A stretch of DNA of 64,000 bases from a virus (IMGVR_UViG_2563366960_000002); one strand, 5' to 3'; shown: positions 41,295-55,116, numbered from the stretch's first letter. The notes: a model not told the origin generated them from the sequence alone. Program-made: numbers and translations.

Positions 41295-42512
41295 ATGCCA
41301 ACTGAATATGCTCGCGACAACCTTGGTCGCTATCAGACCGATGGATTAAGTGCAAAAGACTTTAACAAGGTCTTCGATCTTATCCGTAAACAGCAGCGTC
41401 AGAATCGGCGAAACGCGCGGCGTACACTCACCCCAAGGATTATGGGGATGCGTAACCGCGAACTTGAGGCATTCCTCAGCCTTGGGAAAAAGAAAGATGG
41501 CACCTACTTTACGCCCGAAGATATACGCAGTTTCAACACCTCAAGGCAGGCTCATAAAACCAAATTCAAGAGCACGGTACCCGGCATTACCTATGCTCAG
41601 CTGGTGGCGCAGTCCACCAGCATTGATATAAAACGCGCTAACAACAAAGTTTCTGATGGCACAGGGATCAAAGCCGCGACATTCCTCGGGCTAAAACACA
41701 ACCTTGCATTGATATCTGTTAATGCCTCGGATGAGTCGGTCCACCAGCATCACCGTGTCAGAATTCGATTTGAGGAATGGGATAAAGCCGTTGAGGAAAT
41801 TGCTGAAGACGGTGCGAAAAAAGCCCGAATCGCTGCCGATCTCTGCAAGGGCCGGGTATCTTTCGACTGTGATTGTGGACGCCATCAATACTGGTATCGT
41901 TATATGGCCACGGCTGGTAACTATGCTGTCGCGCCGCCAAAAGAGTATGCATTCCCCAAGATCCGCAACCCTGATCTGACTGGTGTAGCCTGCAAACATG
42001 TGTTGCACGCTATGACGCGTTTTCAATCTCCCACATGGCACAAGGCCATCATTATTGCCCTGGAAAAAGCAGCTGAACAGGTGGCCTTCGGCGATGACAA
42101 GCGGAAGACAACAACCTATTTCAAAGGCGAACTGGCTAAATCACTCGCACGCAACCGGACAACAACGACGGATCAGGCTAAAGCGGCGCGTGAGTATGAG
42201 TTATATCTGAAATCTCAGGATGCATTAGGCAAAAAACTACGCGCCAAAGATAGCGCCACGGACAACGTTCGCCGGTTGTTAAAAAAAGCTCGCACCACGG
42301 CAAACAGGAAGAATGCCGAACTAAAAGCATCGCGGGTGAGGGAAGCCCAGGCTCGCGCTGAAGCCGACGCCCTCAAAAAAGCCCTGCAAACGCAGGCGAA
42401 CAACCTCATAAAGTTTTTCATAAGTCAGGGAATGGACAAGGCCGCTGCCACCGCGCAGGCGCGAAGCATTCTTGAGACACAAATTAACGAAGCCCGTAAA
42501 CGGAAAGGATAA
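41295..42512 (+). CDS. SWIM-type zinc-finger protein with C-terminal coiled-coil
   Basis: 405 aa; FDCDCGRHQ...ACKHVLHAM (CxCx(n)CxH); AAGGGA Shine-Dalgarno. Confidence 0.6.
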   Translation: MPTEYARDNLGRYQTDGLSAKDFNKVFDLIRKQQRQNRRNARRTLTPRIMGMRNRELEAFLSLGKKKDGTYFTPEDIRSFNTSRQAHKTKFKSTVPGITYAQLVAQSTSIDIKRANNKVSDGTGIKAATFLGLKHNLALISVNASDESVHQHHRVRIRFEEWDKAVEEIAEDGAKKARIAADLCKGRVSFDCDCGRHQYWYRYMATAGNYAVAPPKEYAFPKIRNPDLTGVACKHVLHAMTRFQSPTWHKAIIIALEKAAEQVAFGDDKRKTTTYFKGELAKSLARNRTTTTDQAKAAREYELYLKSQDALGKKLRAKDSATDNVRRLLKKARTTANRKNAELKASRVREAQARAEADALKKALQTQANNLIKFFISQGMDKAAATAQARSILETQINEARKRKG

Positions 42513-45659
<3,147 letters not shown>

Positions 45660-45660
45660 G

Positions 45661-45690
45661 AAAAGCCCGGCGATCGGGCTTTTCTTTTAT
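45661..45690. terminator. Intrinsic terminator between convergent operons
   Basis: AAGCCCG-gcgat-CGGGCTT followed by TTCTTTT. Confidence 0.55.
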
Positions 45691-45704
45691 AATGGGTTCA
45701 ATTT

Positions 45705-46679
45705 TTATCCGTTACCGCACGACGGTTTCTGCGTGATAAACGTTTCAAGCATCTTTTCCGCGATTGCCGACCAGGTGTGACACTGGACCTTTTCAGCATT
45801 TTTCAGGCGATCAACGCGAGCAATCACCTCATCCCAATCAATCCGCGACTTGATAACCATATGGTTCACCAAAGCCAGGCGATCTGGCGGAAGGCAATCG
45901 GACGGCGTTAATATCAACGCCCCACACATTGCCGCCTCAAGAACAGTTAATCCAAGGCTTTCGGGATGCGTAACGATAAAAACGTCACTCTTACGCAATT
46001 CAGCTGCAAATTCGGTTGCTGGTACCGGCGTCCGTCTGTATGGAGTTACCGAAATATTCCCCGGATCAATGGTAACCAATCCGTCATCGGTCAACGTTCT
46101 GGCCTCATACGGAACAGTCAGACGCTGAAGGTTCATAAGGATACTTAAGGAGTGATCAAACCCACTAACATCAAATGCAGCGTGGTCTACAAAAATACGC
46201 AGAACATCGTCTGTTTTGGTTTCCAGATGGAACAGCTCCTGATTCGCTGCCCATCCAACATGTTTGTTAAAGCGATTATGACGCTCTAACCTGCCGGGAT
46301 TATCCAGGTACCGCCAGGTATCATCGCGGACAGTAAAAGTAATATCAACTGGTGCCGAATCCAGCATAGAACCGTCGTATACCTGAGCTACCCATCCAGT
46401 GAATCGACGACGCAGTTGCACGCCTATTTCCCTGGGCACCGTAGTAAAATACCGCAATCCTGGCGCTAAAATGGCTTTCGCAGAACACGAGAGCGCAGCG
46501 GTCAACACAGCTTCAACATAATCCTCCGGGCTTTCGACGCCGGGAGAATATGGACGATGGTATTGCAATGTTACCCCAGCCTCACTAAAGGCGCAGGCCA
46601 GGTTGTAAGCCCACATTTCCGTATATGTTTTCACATCACTGATAGCTTCAAATTTTCGCCCAATGATCAGGATGTTCAT
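45705..46679 (-). CDS. GT4-family (GT-B fold) glycosyltransferase
   Basis: 324 aa; N-terminal MNILIIGRKF; C-terminal EX7E motif ESLGLTVLEAAMCGALIL; last gene of the ban transcription unit. Confidence 0.65.
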   Translation of the reverse strand: MNILIIGRKFEAISDVKTYTEMWAYNLACAFSEAGVTLQYHRPYSPGVESPEDYVEAVLTAALSCSAKAILAPGLRYFTTVPREIGVQLRRRFTGWVAQVYDGSMLDSAPVDITFTVRDDTWRYLDNPGRLERHNRFNKHVGWAANQELFHLETKTDDVLRIFVDHAAFDVSGFDHSLSILMNLQRLTVPYEARTLTDDGLVTIDPGNISVTPYRRTPVPATEFAAELRKSDVFIVTHPESLGLTVLEAAMCGALILTPSDCLPPDRLALVNHMVIKSRIDWDEVIARVDRLKNAEKVQCHTWSAIAEKMLETFITQKPSCGNG

Positions 46680-46981
46680 TGCGTCTCCTTTTCCCTGACT
46701 AAAAGCTCATCCAGCTTGCTTTTATGTTTGAGCACATAGCCACATATTTTTCCTTTGGAGCTAATTTGCGGAATGGAATAATATTCCGAAAATACTAATT
46801 CAGCCTTTTCTAAGACAAGTGAAACACCATAGCGCGCAACATGTCTGTCGATCATTTTTGCATCTCTGAGATTACCTTTAATTGATAGCCAGTCGTTGAG
46901 GTACATATGGTTGCGATTGGCTTTTTTCAGCATGTCGCTCAACCAATTTTTATTACGCTTAGTTAGTTTCCGTTGCATCAA
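46676..46981 (-). CDS. Small AT-rich gene downstream of ban (dbn-like)
   Basis: 101 aa; start overlaps the ban stop; about 38% GC. Confidence 0.45.
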   Translation of the reverse strand: MMQRKLTKRNKNWLSDMLKKANRNHMYLNDWLSIKGNLRDAKMIDRHVARYGVSLVLEKAELVFSEYYSIPQISSKGKICGYVLKHKSKLDELLVREKETQ

Positions 46982-48342
46982 TAATCCTCTTGCCAGTCAG
47001 CACCAGCATAGTTATCAAACCGTGAGTATTGGCCGTTAAAAGCCAATCTCACCGTGCCAATTGGGCCATTTCGTTGCTTACCGATAATCACCTCGGCAAT
47101 GCCCTTCATTTCGCTATCCGGGTGATAAACTTCGTCGCGATACAGAAACATGATCAGGTCTGCGTCCTGCTCAATTGCTCCTGATTCACGTAAATCTGAA
47201 TTTACCGGACGTTTGTCCGCACGCTGTTCAAGCGATCGATTAAGTTGTGACAATGCCACCACCGGTACTTGTAATTCCTTCGCCAACGCCTTCAGTGAGC
47301 GAGAAATCTCGGCAATTTCCAGCGTTCGGTTATCTTGCAGCTCGGGGACGCGCATAAGTTGCAGGTAGTCGATCATAATCATGCTCAAACCACCATTTTC
47401 TTTATAAACACGACGAGCGCGGGAACGTAGCTCTGTCGGCGTCAGGGCGCTTGAGTCATCAATAAAAATATTCTGCTTGTCCAACAGAATCCCCATTGCG
47501 CCAGAAACCCGCGCCCAATCCTCGTCGTTAAGTTGCCCTGTTCGAATACGAGTCTGATCAACGCGTGCAAGAGAAGCCAGTGAGCGCATCATCAGCTGGT
47601 GGCTCGGCATCTCAAGGCTAAAAACCAATACGGGCTTATCGTTACGGACTGCGGCATTTTCGACGAGATTCATCGCAAACGTAGTCTTCCCCATCGATGG
47701 GCGGGCGGCGACAATAATGAGATCGGACGCCTGAAGTCCTGCCGTCTTCTTATTGAGATCGGTAAATCCGGTATCAAGCCCCGTTACACCATCATGCGGT
47801 CGCTGAAACAACTCTTCTATGCGAGATACCGTTGCATCGAGAATGCTGGCGATATCTTTTGGACCACTACCGCTCTTTTGTCGTTTTTCAGCTATTTCAA
47901 AAACGCGGCGCTCGGCCATATCCAGCAATTCATTGCTGCCCCTGCCATCCTGCGCATATCCAGCTTCGGCTATTTCATTTGCGACGGAAATCATTTCACG
48001 AACAACCGCGCGTTCACGAACGATATCCGCATAAGCACAAATATTTGCCGCGCTGGGCGTGTTCTTTGACATCTCCGCAAGGTACGCAAAACCACCGGCG
48101 CGTTCTAATTTACCGTTCTGTTCAAGTGCTTCAGCAAGTGTTATCAAATCAATCGGTTTGCCATGACTTAATAACCTCTCCATCTCACTGAAAATTTCAC
48201 GATGAGCACTGGTATAAAAATCATCAGCAACTATACGATCTGCAACTTCATCCCAGCGGCAGTTATCAAGCATTAAGCCACCAAGTACAGCTTGTTCTGC
48301 ACTAAGGGAATTTGGCATGGATTCAAGAGGGGATGCAGACAT
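46978..48342 (-). CDS. ban: Ban, DnaB-family replicative helicase
   Basis: 454 aa from ATG 48342 (GGAG Shine-Dalgarno); near-colinear with E. coli DnaB (AEQAVLGGLMLDN..., Walker A GKTTFAMN, ...GKQRNGPIGTVRL). Confidence 0.95.
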   Translation of the reverse strand: MSASPLESMPNSLSAEQAVLGGLMLDNCRWDEVADRIVADDFYTSAHREIFSEMERLLSHGKPIDLITLAEALEQNGKLERAGGFAYLAEMSKNTPSAANICAYADIVRERAVVREMISVANEIAEAGYAQDGRGSNELLDMAERRVFEIAEKRQKSGSGPKDIASILDATVSRIEELFQRPHDGVTGLDTGFTDLNKKTAGLQASDLIIVAARPSMGKTTFAMNLVENAAVRNDKPVLVFSLEMPSHQLMMRSLASLARVDQTRIRTGQLNDEDWARVSGAMGILLDKQNIFIDDSSALTPTELRSRARRVYKENGGLSMIMIDYLQLMRVPELQDNRTLEIAEISRSLKALAKELQVPVVALSQLNRSLEQRADKRPVNSDLRESGAIEQDADLIMFLYRDEVYHPDSEMKGIAEVIIGKQRNGPIGTVRLAFNGQYSRFDNYAGADWQEDY

Positions 48343-48627
48343 TAGCACTCCACCCAGGCGTGCTGAATGTCAGATATAATCGGCATACTCAAATCACTCC
48401 TAACGATATGAGTCATCACCAGAAAATCAGGATTAATGCGCCGGACTCTTCCCGGCTGTCACACCGAATCGCCAGGATGGTGAGTCCCTGTATCCGCTAT
48501 CCCTCCAACGGTGACTTGCACATTCCGGCTACCTGGTTTGTTGCCTGAGCTAGGGGAAAAGGTAACCCCTTTAACGTCACCAGACCGCTAACGACGCATG
48601 TGCCAGACGCCGTGTTACAACCAAATA

Positions 48628-48703
48628 TGGTGGCCCCTACCGGACTTGAACCGGTGACCGTGCGATTATGAGTCGCCAGCTCTAACCACTGAGCTAAAGG
48701 GCC
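48628..48703 (-). tRNA. tRNA-Ile2 (anticodon CAU, ileX-like)
   Basis: 76 nt, GGCCCTTTAGCTCAGTGGTTAGAGC...ACTCATAATCG...GGTTCAAGTCC...GGGGCCACCA; closely resembles E. coli ileX; cloverleaf checked by hand. Confidence 0.85.
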
Positions 48704-48730
48704 GGATTACTGCCAATTTTGCTTACGCTT

Positions 48731-49558
48731 TTATTTCACCGGAACAAACGGAACAGCGGCATTACTGGTCATATACTGCGGTAATGTACCGTTCCATTTG
48801 TTGATCGCTTCCAACTCCATAACACCGGGGTTCTGGCGCAGAGCTTCACCACGTAAACGAATGGCATCAGCTTCGGCCTGGGCTTTTGTGCGAATAGCAT
48901 CAGCCTGTCCGGCAGCTTCCGCGCGCAGCATGTTGGCCTCTGCTTCACGTTGTTTGACCTCTTGCTCGCGTTGCAGGGTTTTTTGGTTTGCCGTAACTTT
49001 GGCGTTAATACTGTCAATAACTGTTGGCGGATATTCTGGCTTACCTACATAAGAGAGGCTCATCACCTGAATGCCGATTGGCGTCATTTCTTCCTGAATG
49101 TCTTTAAGGGCTGCATCAAGCAATTCAGATTTGCCACCGTCGATAAATTTGTCGGTGGTCATTTTGCTGGCTAACCGGTTCAGAGCATCTGCAACCTTCT
49201 GGCGTAGATCGGTATCAGTAATATCATCTACACCTTTGCGATAGGTCTGAAATACCGTTGTGACTTTTGCTGGATCAACCTTGTAGGCTACGCCGATGTG
49301 GTAACCAATGGTTGTTCCGTCGCTCATCTGGAAGCTGAACGGCTCATCGTATGTCTTCATTTGCTTAAAGGTCGGGAAGATATAAACTTCAGTATTCAAG
49401 CCTGTCCAGTAGCGACCAACACCAACTACTTCACCGATACCTTTATCATCCCCCAGCTTATTTACTTTGATCCCTACGTTACCTGGCTCTACCCGATCGC
49501 ATCCGGTCAGACATAAAGAACCCAAAATAATCGCTGCACTAATCAACGTTTTTTTCAT
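48731..49558 (-). CDS. plp: SPFH/band-7 domain lipoprotein (Plp-like)
   Basis: 275 aa; lipobox LTGC after signal peptide; HflK/prohibitin-like core and Ala/Glu-rich coiled-coil. Confidence 0.75.
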   Translation of the reverse strand: MKKTLISAAIILGSLCLTGCDRVEPGNVGIKVNKLGDDKGIGEVVGVGRYWTGLNTEVYIFPTFKQMKTYDEPFSFQMSDGTTIGYHIGVAYKVDPAKVTTVFQTYRKGVDDITDTDLRQKVADALNRLASKMTTDKFIDGGKSELLDAALKDIQEEMTPIGIQVMSLSYVGKPEYPPTVIDSINAKVTANQKTLQREQEVKQREAEANMLRAEAAGQADAIRTKAQAEADAIRLRGEALRQNPGVMELEAINKWNGTLPQYMTSNAAVPFVPVK

Positions 49559-49775
49559 TAATTAATTTCCTGGTTTTTTCACGAAAAAAGACTACTGCGA
49601 AAGCCGGGTAAATGAGCGCGAGAAGGACTCCCAACAATACAAGTATTGTGCTGTTAGATGAGATCATATTTGGCAAAAGCCAAACATACAGAACCAGTGA
49701 CACAATCAAACAGAGGACGGCATAAATATATAACCGCACCCATAGCGTTCGACATTTGTTCGGATTGTTCTGCAT
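49539..49775 (-). CDS. upl: Small membrane protein upstream of plp (Upl-like)
   Basis: 78 aa, two TM segments; overlaps the plp start. Confidence 0.55.
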   Translation of the reverse strand: MQNNPNKCRTLWVRLYIYAVLCLIVSLVLYVWLLPNMISSNSTILVLLGVLLALIYPAFAVVFFREKTRKLINEKNVD

Positions 49776-50038
49776 CCTCTCACTCCATTATTTAACGAAT
49801 AAAAAAGCTGCGGTGCCGGGTACCTCCCGGTGTCCTTTGGCTGGTTATCCACCGTGGACGGGGAAACAAGGAGAAATGAATGGACTGATATAACCATTTC
49901 CCCGCGTGCGCTTAGCCGCATTCACCGCAATGGTAAGAGCACTTGGCTGGCTGGGCGGCGATGACGCCTGTATGCATTTGGTGATCCGGTTCTGCTTCCG
50001 GCATTCGCTTAATTAGCCAAATACTCTTAACGTTGCGC

Positions 50039-50125
50039 TGGCGGAGAGTAATGGAATCGAACCATCATCGCTTGCGCTATGGGACGGTTTTCAAGACCGC
50101 TTGAGCACCATGCTCCCTACTCTCC
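50039..50125 (-). tRNA. tRNA-like element with UGA anticodon loop (Ser-like, class II; possibly degenerate)
   Basis: 87 nt; acceptor GGAGAGT/ACTCTCC-G-CCA, anticodon arm GCGGT-CTTGAAA-ACCGT, T-loop TTCGATT; D-arm atypical. Confidence 0.35.
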
Positions 50126-50260
50126 CGTTATTGTGGCGACCGGTGCTGATCTCCGGCTTGCGGTTATTTCAGACTCTCACGGGCGTTTAATTGCCCCGCC
50201 GAACAGCTCTTTTCCGCAATAGCTGCAATGTCTTTCGCGCATCAGCCTGCGCATTCACCA

Positions 50261-50349
50261 CAACGTTGAGAACACTGGTTGTCACGCGCAACGCAACATT
50301 TATTCGTAGATTGGGATATGACCCCGTTACGCCAGTGTTCTCAACGTTG
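50261..50349. repeat. Perfect 18-bp inverted repeat with 53-nt spacer inside the tRNA cluster
   Basis: CAACGTTGAGAACACTGG ... CCAGTGTTCTCAACGTTG. Confidence 0.6.
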
Positions 50350-50578
50350 TAGTGCCGGTTACGGTTCCGGCCAGGCCTCTTCCTCAACGGGGTGTTCTCC
50401 ATACGGACTACCGTTTATTGGTCGTTCCTGCGGTTTATGTTGTGAAGCCAGATGCTTATCTTCTGGTTGCTTCAAAGAGCTGCACTTCATCACAACGGTA
50501 AGAGCATTTATGGCTCGCATCGCGGGAAAAAGCCCACGGTAGAGAGTCGAACTCTACAAATGCTCTTACCTGTTGTGT

Positions 50579-50654
50579 TGGTGCCGGTTAACGGGATCGA
50601 ACCGCTGACCATTCGCTTACAAAGCGACTGCTCTACCAACTGAGCTAAACCGGC
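50579..50654 (-). tRNA. tRNA-Thr (anticodon UGU)
   Basis: 76 nt, GCCGGTTTAGCTCAGTTGGTAGAGC...CTTTGTAAG...GGTTCGATCC...CCGGCACCA. Confidence 0.85.
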
Positions 50655-50658
50655 AATT

Positions 50659-50745
50659 TGGTGGGGAGTGATGGAGTCGAACCACCCGAGTCGCAATGAC
50701 AGTAGATTTACAGTCTACCCCGCTACCCCTACGGACTAACTCCCC
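50659..50745 (-). tRNA. tRNA-Tyr-like (anticodon GUA, long variable arm)
   Basis: 87 nt; acceptor GGGGAGT/ACTCCCC-A-CCA, anticodon arm GTAGA-CTGTAAA-TCTAC, T-loop TTCGACT; D-arm atypical. Confidence 0.6.
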
Positions 50746-50750
50746 TAAAT

Positions 50751-50827
50751 TGGCGATGGTGGGTGGATTCGAACCACCGACCGACAGCTTAGAAGGCTGC
50801 TGCTCTATCCTACTGAGCTACACCATC
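50751..50827 (-). tRNA. tRNA-Arg (anticodon UCU, argU-like)
   Basis: 77 nt, GATGGTGTAGCTCAGTAGGATAGAGC...CCTTCTAAG...GGTTCGAATCC...CACCATCGCCA. Confidence 0.8.
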
Positions 50828-51486
50828 ACTTGCCGGGTACGTCTCCGGCGAGGGCTTCCACCTCCGTATGCTTTTCGGCGCACCGCGCCCTGGCTGCAAT
50901 TCGGTAACAGGGGATGCACAACCCTGGCTTCCAACGTGATTAGCGCCTTCAGCATGACGGGATATACCCGTAGTAGGACGTTATCTTCAAATTGCTAAAA
51001 GCAATTGCTGTTACGCAGAATGAAAAAGGACGTAACAGGTAAGGACGCTGACCAAAAAGATGGCCCCTTCTCGCTCATCTGGTTAATCGAACCAGCGCCC
51101 TTACCTGTTGTGCCTCCCCGTTCCCTAATACACAGACGGGGACACTCTGCGGTCGATTTTTTGACGGGGGACGACTCATACCCCGTGGCGTCTGGCTTCT
51201 TAGGCCGCTACCATCATCAGATCATCGTTTGCATTTACTTTAATGGTCAGTTTCTAAACCGCCGCAAAGTCGCTAACCATGACGAAAACCCTGAAAAAAA
51301 CGCCCACCCGAAGATGGGCAAACTGGAAGCTCGTAACGCACTTCGGTGTTGCCACTTAGGCGTATGGTCAACCTGGCAACTCGGCGTCATGATGGGGAAG
51401 GAGTCACTACCCCGCCATACTTGCCGCCGCGCCTGTCGCGGCTAACAGCTAAATCGCTCTATAAATCACGATTCATTGATGCGATA

Positions 51487-51513
51487 TTACACTAATAAAT
51501 TTATTAGAGCAAT
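51487..51513 (-). promoter_or_regulatory. C1 operator (perfect consensus, palindromic extension) at the head of the tRNA/plp/ban unit
   Basis: Reverse complement ATTGCTCTAATAAATTT (17/17) overlapping an opposite-orientation ATTACACTAATAAATTT; overlaps the dmt stop. Confidence 0.7.
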
Positions 51514-53768
51514 ATAGCCATAACGTCATGAGCAACACCACGAGTGTCTCCCTTACAAGACACAGAACGTCTGGCAAAGAGAGGTTCCACTCTGAAGCCA
51601 CTATCCTGATAAAGTTCTCTGACGTTTGGCGCGCCACTGTTAGTAATGAGTACCTTTGCACCTCGGCGATGAGCATCCGTCAACAGAGACACCAGGCGTT
51701 TTTGCTCTTCAAACTTAAAGTCATGACCGGAATAGTTCGTAAACCCCTCTGTATTGGGGAGCGGTTCATACGGCGGATCGCAAAAGATGACATCTCCTTC
51801 TCCGGCAGCTTCAATCACTGCTGCAAAATCACCGCATACAAACTCAGACCGCCCTTCCGCACCGAGGAAGGCTTCCATCTCCTGTAATGGGAAATACGGA
51901 GTTTTATACTTCCCATAACCGACATTGAACTCACCGGCCTGGTTGTAGCGCGTCAATCCATTAAAACAATGTCGGTTCAGGAACAAAAACGCCGCTGCGC
52001 GATGTAAATCATCATAGACTTGTTTGTTAAACGCATTCCGTACTGCCAGGTATCCTTCCTGTGTGTTGTAGTCCTGGAAAAACTGATGCGCCAGTGCGAT
52101 AAGTGAATGCGCCTCGCGTTGCAGAGTCTTGTAAAAGTTAATCAGGTCAGCATTCACATCATTTAGCAGATTTTCCTGGTATCCGGCATTCATGAAGACA
52201 GCTCCGCCACCGACGAAAGGTTCAATCAGGCGCTTCCCTTCTGGCAAATAGCGAAAGATTTGTTCCAGAACACCAAATTTTCCACCGGCCCATTTGAATA
52301 TGGACCGTTCGAATTCTGCCGCTGGTTTAAGTTTTCGCTCTTTTGTTTCACTTCCTTCTTTCTGCCGACATACGGCCTTAGTAATCCGATCGCCAATCCA
52401 GCGCATTACTGGTATTGCCATACTATTGCCGATCGCTTTGTAACGCGGTCCGTCAGCTGCAAGCATCGCGGCCTCTTCTTCGCTTAAATCTGGATAGTGA
52501 TTGCGAAGATATGCCAGTTCATCTGAATTAACTTTTTTACGCTTTTCCGTAGGGATCAATGTATGTCCATCAGGAAAACCTTGCAGCCTTTCACATTCGA
52601 CAGGGGTAAGACGGCGGACAGCTACTTCTGCGTTTCTTACTTCATAGCAAACAGCTGTTGGATTTTTAGCCATTAGAGATGGTGAAGTATTCTTAGTTGC
52701 AGCATGTTGTGTACCGCTCATACGCTCAGGAAAAGCCAATGTAACAAGATGCTCATGGCTTTCTTGCTCACGTGCCCGCAATGTACCATGCCCTTCTGAC
52801 CAAAAACCTGCTCCTGTGCTGCTAAAAACGGCAAGGTCAGTGGCATCTTTAAAATCTCTTGCCTTTACTGTCGATGCGGTTTCATCGTCAATATATTCCC
52901 CAAATGCCGCCATCCTGAAAGCGTTTACGGCTTTCGTCGATTTCATACCGGGTGGCATGTCAGCGTGTAGGCATGGATTTAGGCTTTCGCCACTGATTGC
53001 AGCGCCATTTGCAATAATGGCGGAAGCGATTTCCTTCTTTTTTCGGCTCGGCGCAATATTCCGGCGCACGCCTTCGAACTCAAAAAGTACCGTTGCGGGA
53101 TCGAGGTCTGTTCGAGCACTTGCGACAACAAACACGCGTCGGCGTCGTTGTGCCACTCCGAAGTATTGGGCATCAAGGATTCTCCAGGCCACCTTTCGCT
53201 GCGGTCCATAAATACAACCACACTGCGGCCACTTTGGAGCATGGCAACCGGTTTTGCCATCCCACCGCCAGAACGCGTTACTTTTTCCTGATTCAGGTCG
53301 ATCACCTGGTTCAAATGGCGCATCTTCTCCAGCCAATCCGGCAAGGAAACATCCGAAGGCGTTATCTGCCGATGACAGGACTCCTGGGACATTTTCCCAG
53401 ACGATAACTGTCGGTTTGAGGAAGGACTCAGACCGTTTGTCGTCAATTGCATTTGCAAGCTCCACATACTTCAAAGTTAGCGCGCCGCGTTCATCATCAA
53501 GCCCACCACGTAAGCCCGCGATACTGAATGCCTGACAAGGCGTACCCCCGACGAGCACATCAGGGGATTCGATTTCCCCAGCCAGGACTTTTTGGGCAAG
53601 TTTTGTCATGTCGCCAAGGTTGGCGACATGGGGCCAGCGGTGCGCAAGAACGGCAGATGGAAAAGGCTCGATTTCAGCAAACCACGCCGGACGCATACCC
53701 AACGGTTCCCAGGCAATACTCGCGGCTTCAATTCCACTGCAAACAGATCCATAGCACAGCTCTTTCAC
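51504..53768 (-). CDS. dmt: Dmt, fused C5-cytosine / N6-adenine DNA methyltransferase
   Basis: 754 aa; N-terminal half with PCQ motif ([12 protein letters not shown]) and ENV; C-terminal half with Dam-like DPPY; GTG start with GGAGAGG Shine-Dalgarno. Confidence 0.9.
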   Translation of the reverse strand: MKELCYGSVCSGIEAASIAWEPLGMRPAWFAEIEPFPSAVLAHRWPHVANLGDMTKLAQKVLAGEIESPDVLVGGTPCQAFSIAGLRGGLDDERGALTLKYVELANAIDDKRSESFLKPTVIVWENVPGVLSSADNAFGCFLAGLAGEDAPFEPGDRPESGKSNAFWRWDGKTGCHAPKWPQCGCIYGPQRKVAWRILDAQYFGVAQRRRRVFVVASARTDLDPATVLFEFEGVRRNIAPSRKKKEIASAIIANGAAISGESLNPCLHADMPPGMKSTKAVNAFRMAAFGEYIDDETASTVKARDFKDATDLAVFSSTGAGFWSEGHGTLRAREQESHEHLVTLAFPERMSGTQHAATKNTSPSLMAKNPTAVCYEVRNAEVAVRRLTPVECERLQGFPDGHTLIPTEKRKKVNSDELAYLRNHYPDLSEEEAAMLAADGPRYKAIGNSMAIPVMRWIGDRITKAVCRQKEGSETKERKLKPAAEFERSIFKWAGGKFGVLEQIFRYLPEGKRLIEPFVGGGAVFMNAGYQENLLNDVNADLINFYKTLQREAHSLIALAHQFFQDYNTQEGYLAVRNAFNKQVYDDLHRAAAFLFLNRHCFNGLTRYNQAGEFNVGYGKYKTPYFPLQEMEAFLGAEGRSEFVCGDFAAVIEAAGEGDVIFCDPPYEPLPNTEGFTNYSGHDFKFEEQKRLVSLLTDAHRRGAKVLITNSGAPNVRELYQDSGFRVEPLFARRSVSCKGDTRGVAHDVMAILL

Positions 53769-54670
53769 TGCTTAGCCTCTCCACCAAGGGCATTTACCAG
53801 AGCATCAACCAGGCACGAAATTTCACTGGTCAACAGGAAGAAATCTGCGTCCAGTCGCTGCGCAACATCTTCACTATCAATATCAGAGTTCTGCTCAAGC
53901 AATTCATCCGCAAATTTGACGCTGGTAAGGCTGAAGTTATGGTCCAGTGTAAATTTAATGCGGTTCTGCCAGTCGAGTGCCAACTTAGTGACGAGCTTGC
54001 CAGCTTCCAGGTGTGTGGAAATTTCATCGCTTCCCAAATCCTGCTTTTTCACTCGGGCAATACCGCCATCCTCAAGCACTGCCTTAAGTTCTGCCGCATC
54101 CCCCATTTGAAATCCCTGTGGAGCACTACCATCACGTACCCAGTCGGTCAGCGTTAATTCAATGGGATTTTCAACACTCAGGGGAACAACAGGAAGAGAA
54201 CCAAGAGACTTACGCATAAGCGCGAGCATATCCTCTGCCTGCCGCGCGCTGGCATTGATATAGATACGTTTAGTTGAACCGTCGTAGATCGCCTGGATAA
54301 CAGAAAACTTTGAAAAAGCCCGTGGCAGAAGAGAATGCAGAACTTCGTCTTTCAGGGAGTCCTTCTCTGTTTTCTTCAGTTTACGCGCTTGTTCTTGCTC
54401 AAGTTTTTCAATTTTTTCTTGAATAGCTCGCTGGATAACCGGCGGGGGAAGAATTTTTGTTTCGCGCTTTGCTTCAACAAGGATAAAACCATTTCCATGC
54501 ATAGCGATAACTTCGGAATTATCACCAAATGGCGATACAAAACCGAACTTGGCCATATCCTGACTACCGCATGGCGTGAAAAGGATCATTTTCTTTTTAT
54601 CTTCTAAGTCGGTCAGATCCGCCTCACGAGAAAGTTTATAAATAGTAATGTTTTTCCAGTGCTTAAACAT
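53765..54670 (-). CDS. hrdC: RdgC-like recombination-associated protein
   Basis: 301 aa from ATG 54670; near-colinear with E. coli RdgC ([11 protein letters not shown]..., [43 protein letters not shown]). Confidence 0.9.
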   Translation of the reverse strand: MFKHWKNITIYKLSREADLTDLEDKKKMILFTPCGSQDMAKFGFVSPFGDNSEVIAMHGNGFILVEAKRETKILPPPVIQRAIQEKIEKLEQEQARKLKKTEKDSLKDEVLHSLLPRAFSKFSVIQAIYDGSTKRIYINASARQAEDMLALMRKSLGSLPVVPLSVENPIELTLTDWVRDGSAPQGFQMGDAAELKAVLEDGGIARVKKQDLGSDEISTHLEAGKLVTKLALDWQNRIKFTLDHNFSLTSVKFADELLEQNSDIDSEDVAQRLDADFFLLTSEISCLVDALVNALGGEAKQ

Positions 54671-54947
54671 GTTGTAACCCTTGAATATCAACCACAGAAA
54701 GCTCGTCTTTGTAGAAAAAGGCCAGGTTGTGGCACCCCCTCGTTTGAGCGTATGAGCTGGGACCAATTTCGTTCTTCCAGACAAATGGCTTCAAATCCGT
54801 ACGGCGAAGCATAAAAACGCGATTTGTTCCGCTCTGATTCCCAATGAGGCAAAAGCCTTCTTTCACCTTGATAGCCTGCAAGTTGTCGAGTTCACCGCTG
54901 GTTACACGGCTATCGAACTCCTTGCGGCTTATTAGCTCCATCTGCAT
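54663..54947 (-). CDS. Small protein upstream of the rdgC-like gene (uhr-like)
   Basis: 94 aa from ATG 54947 (GGAG Shine-Dalgarno); operator about 70 bp upstream. Confidence 0.45.
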   Translation of the reverse strand: MQMELISRKEFDSRVTSGELDNLQAIKVKEGFCLIGNQSGTNRVFMLRRTDLKPFVWKNEIGPSSYAQTRGCHNLAFFYKDELSVVDIQGLQHV

Positions 54948-55017
54948 CTGACGACTCCAAACAAATGCCCATTGAAGGGCGATGGCTGAATGGTACCGAA
55001 AACACGACATAAAAAAC

Positions 55018-55034
55018 AATATTTATTAGAGCAA
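55018..55034 (-). promoter_or_regulatory. C1 operator upstream of the uhr/rdgC-like/dmt operon
   Basis: Reverse complement ATTGCTCTAATAAATAT (16/17). Confidence 0.7.
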
Positions 55035-55116
55035 TTTTGTAATAAGTAAACGCCATACAGACCACAAATAACCTAAGTTAAAATAACGAAAATCAGAGCA
55101 AATCATTGGTGGTGAT

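Noticed and set aside
51005-51445. 146-aa plus-strand ORF between the operator and the tRNA array
   Set aside because: Opposite strand to the transcription unit, no ribosome-binding site, and the region is full of tRNA-like hairpins; likely non-coding.
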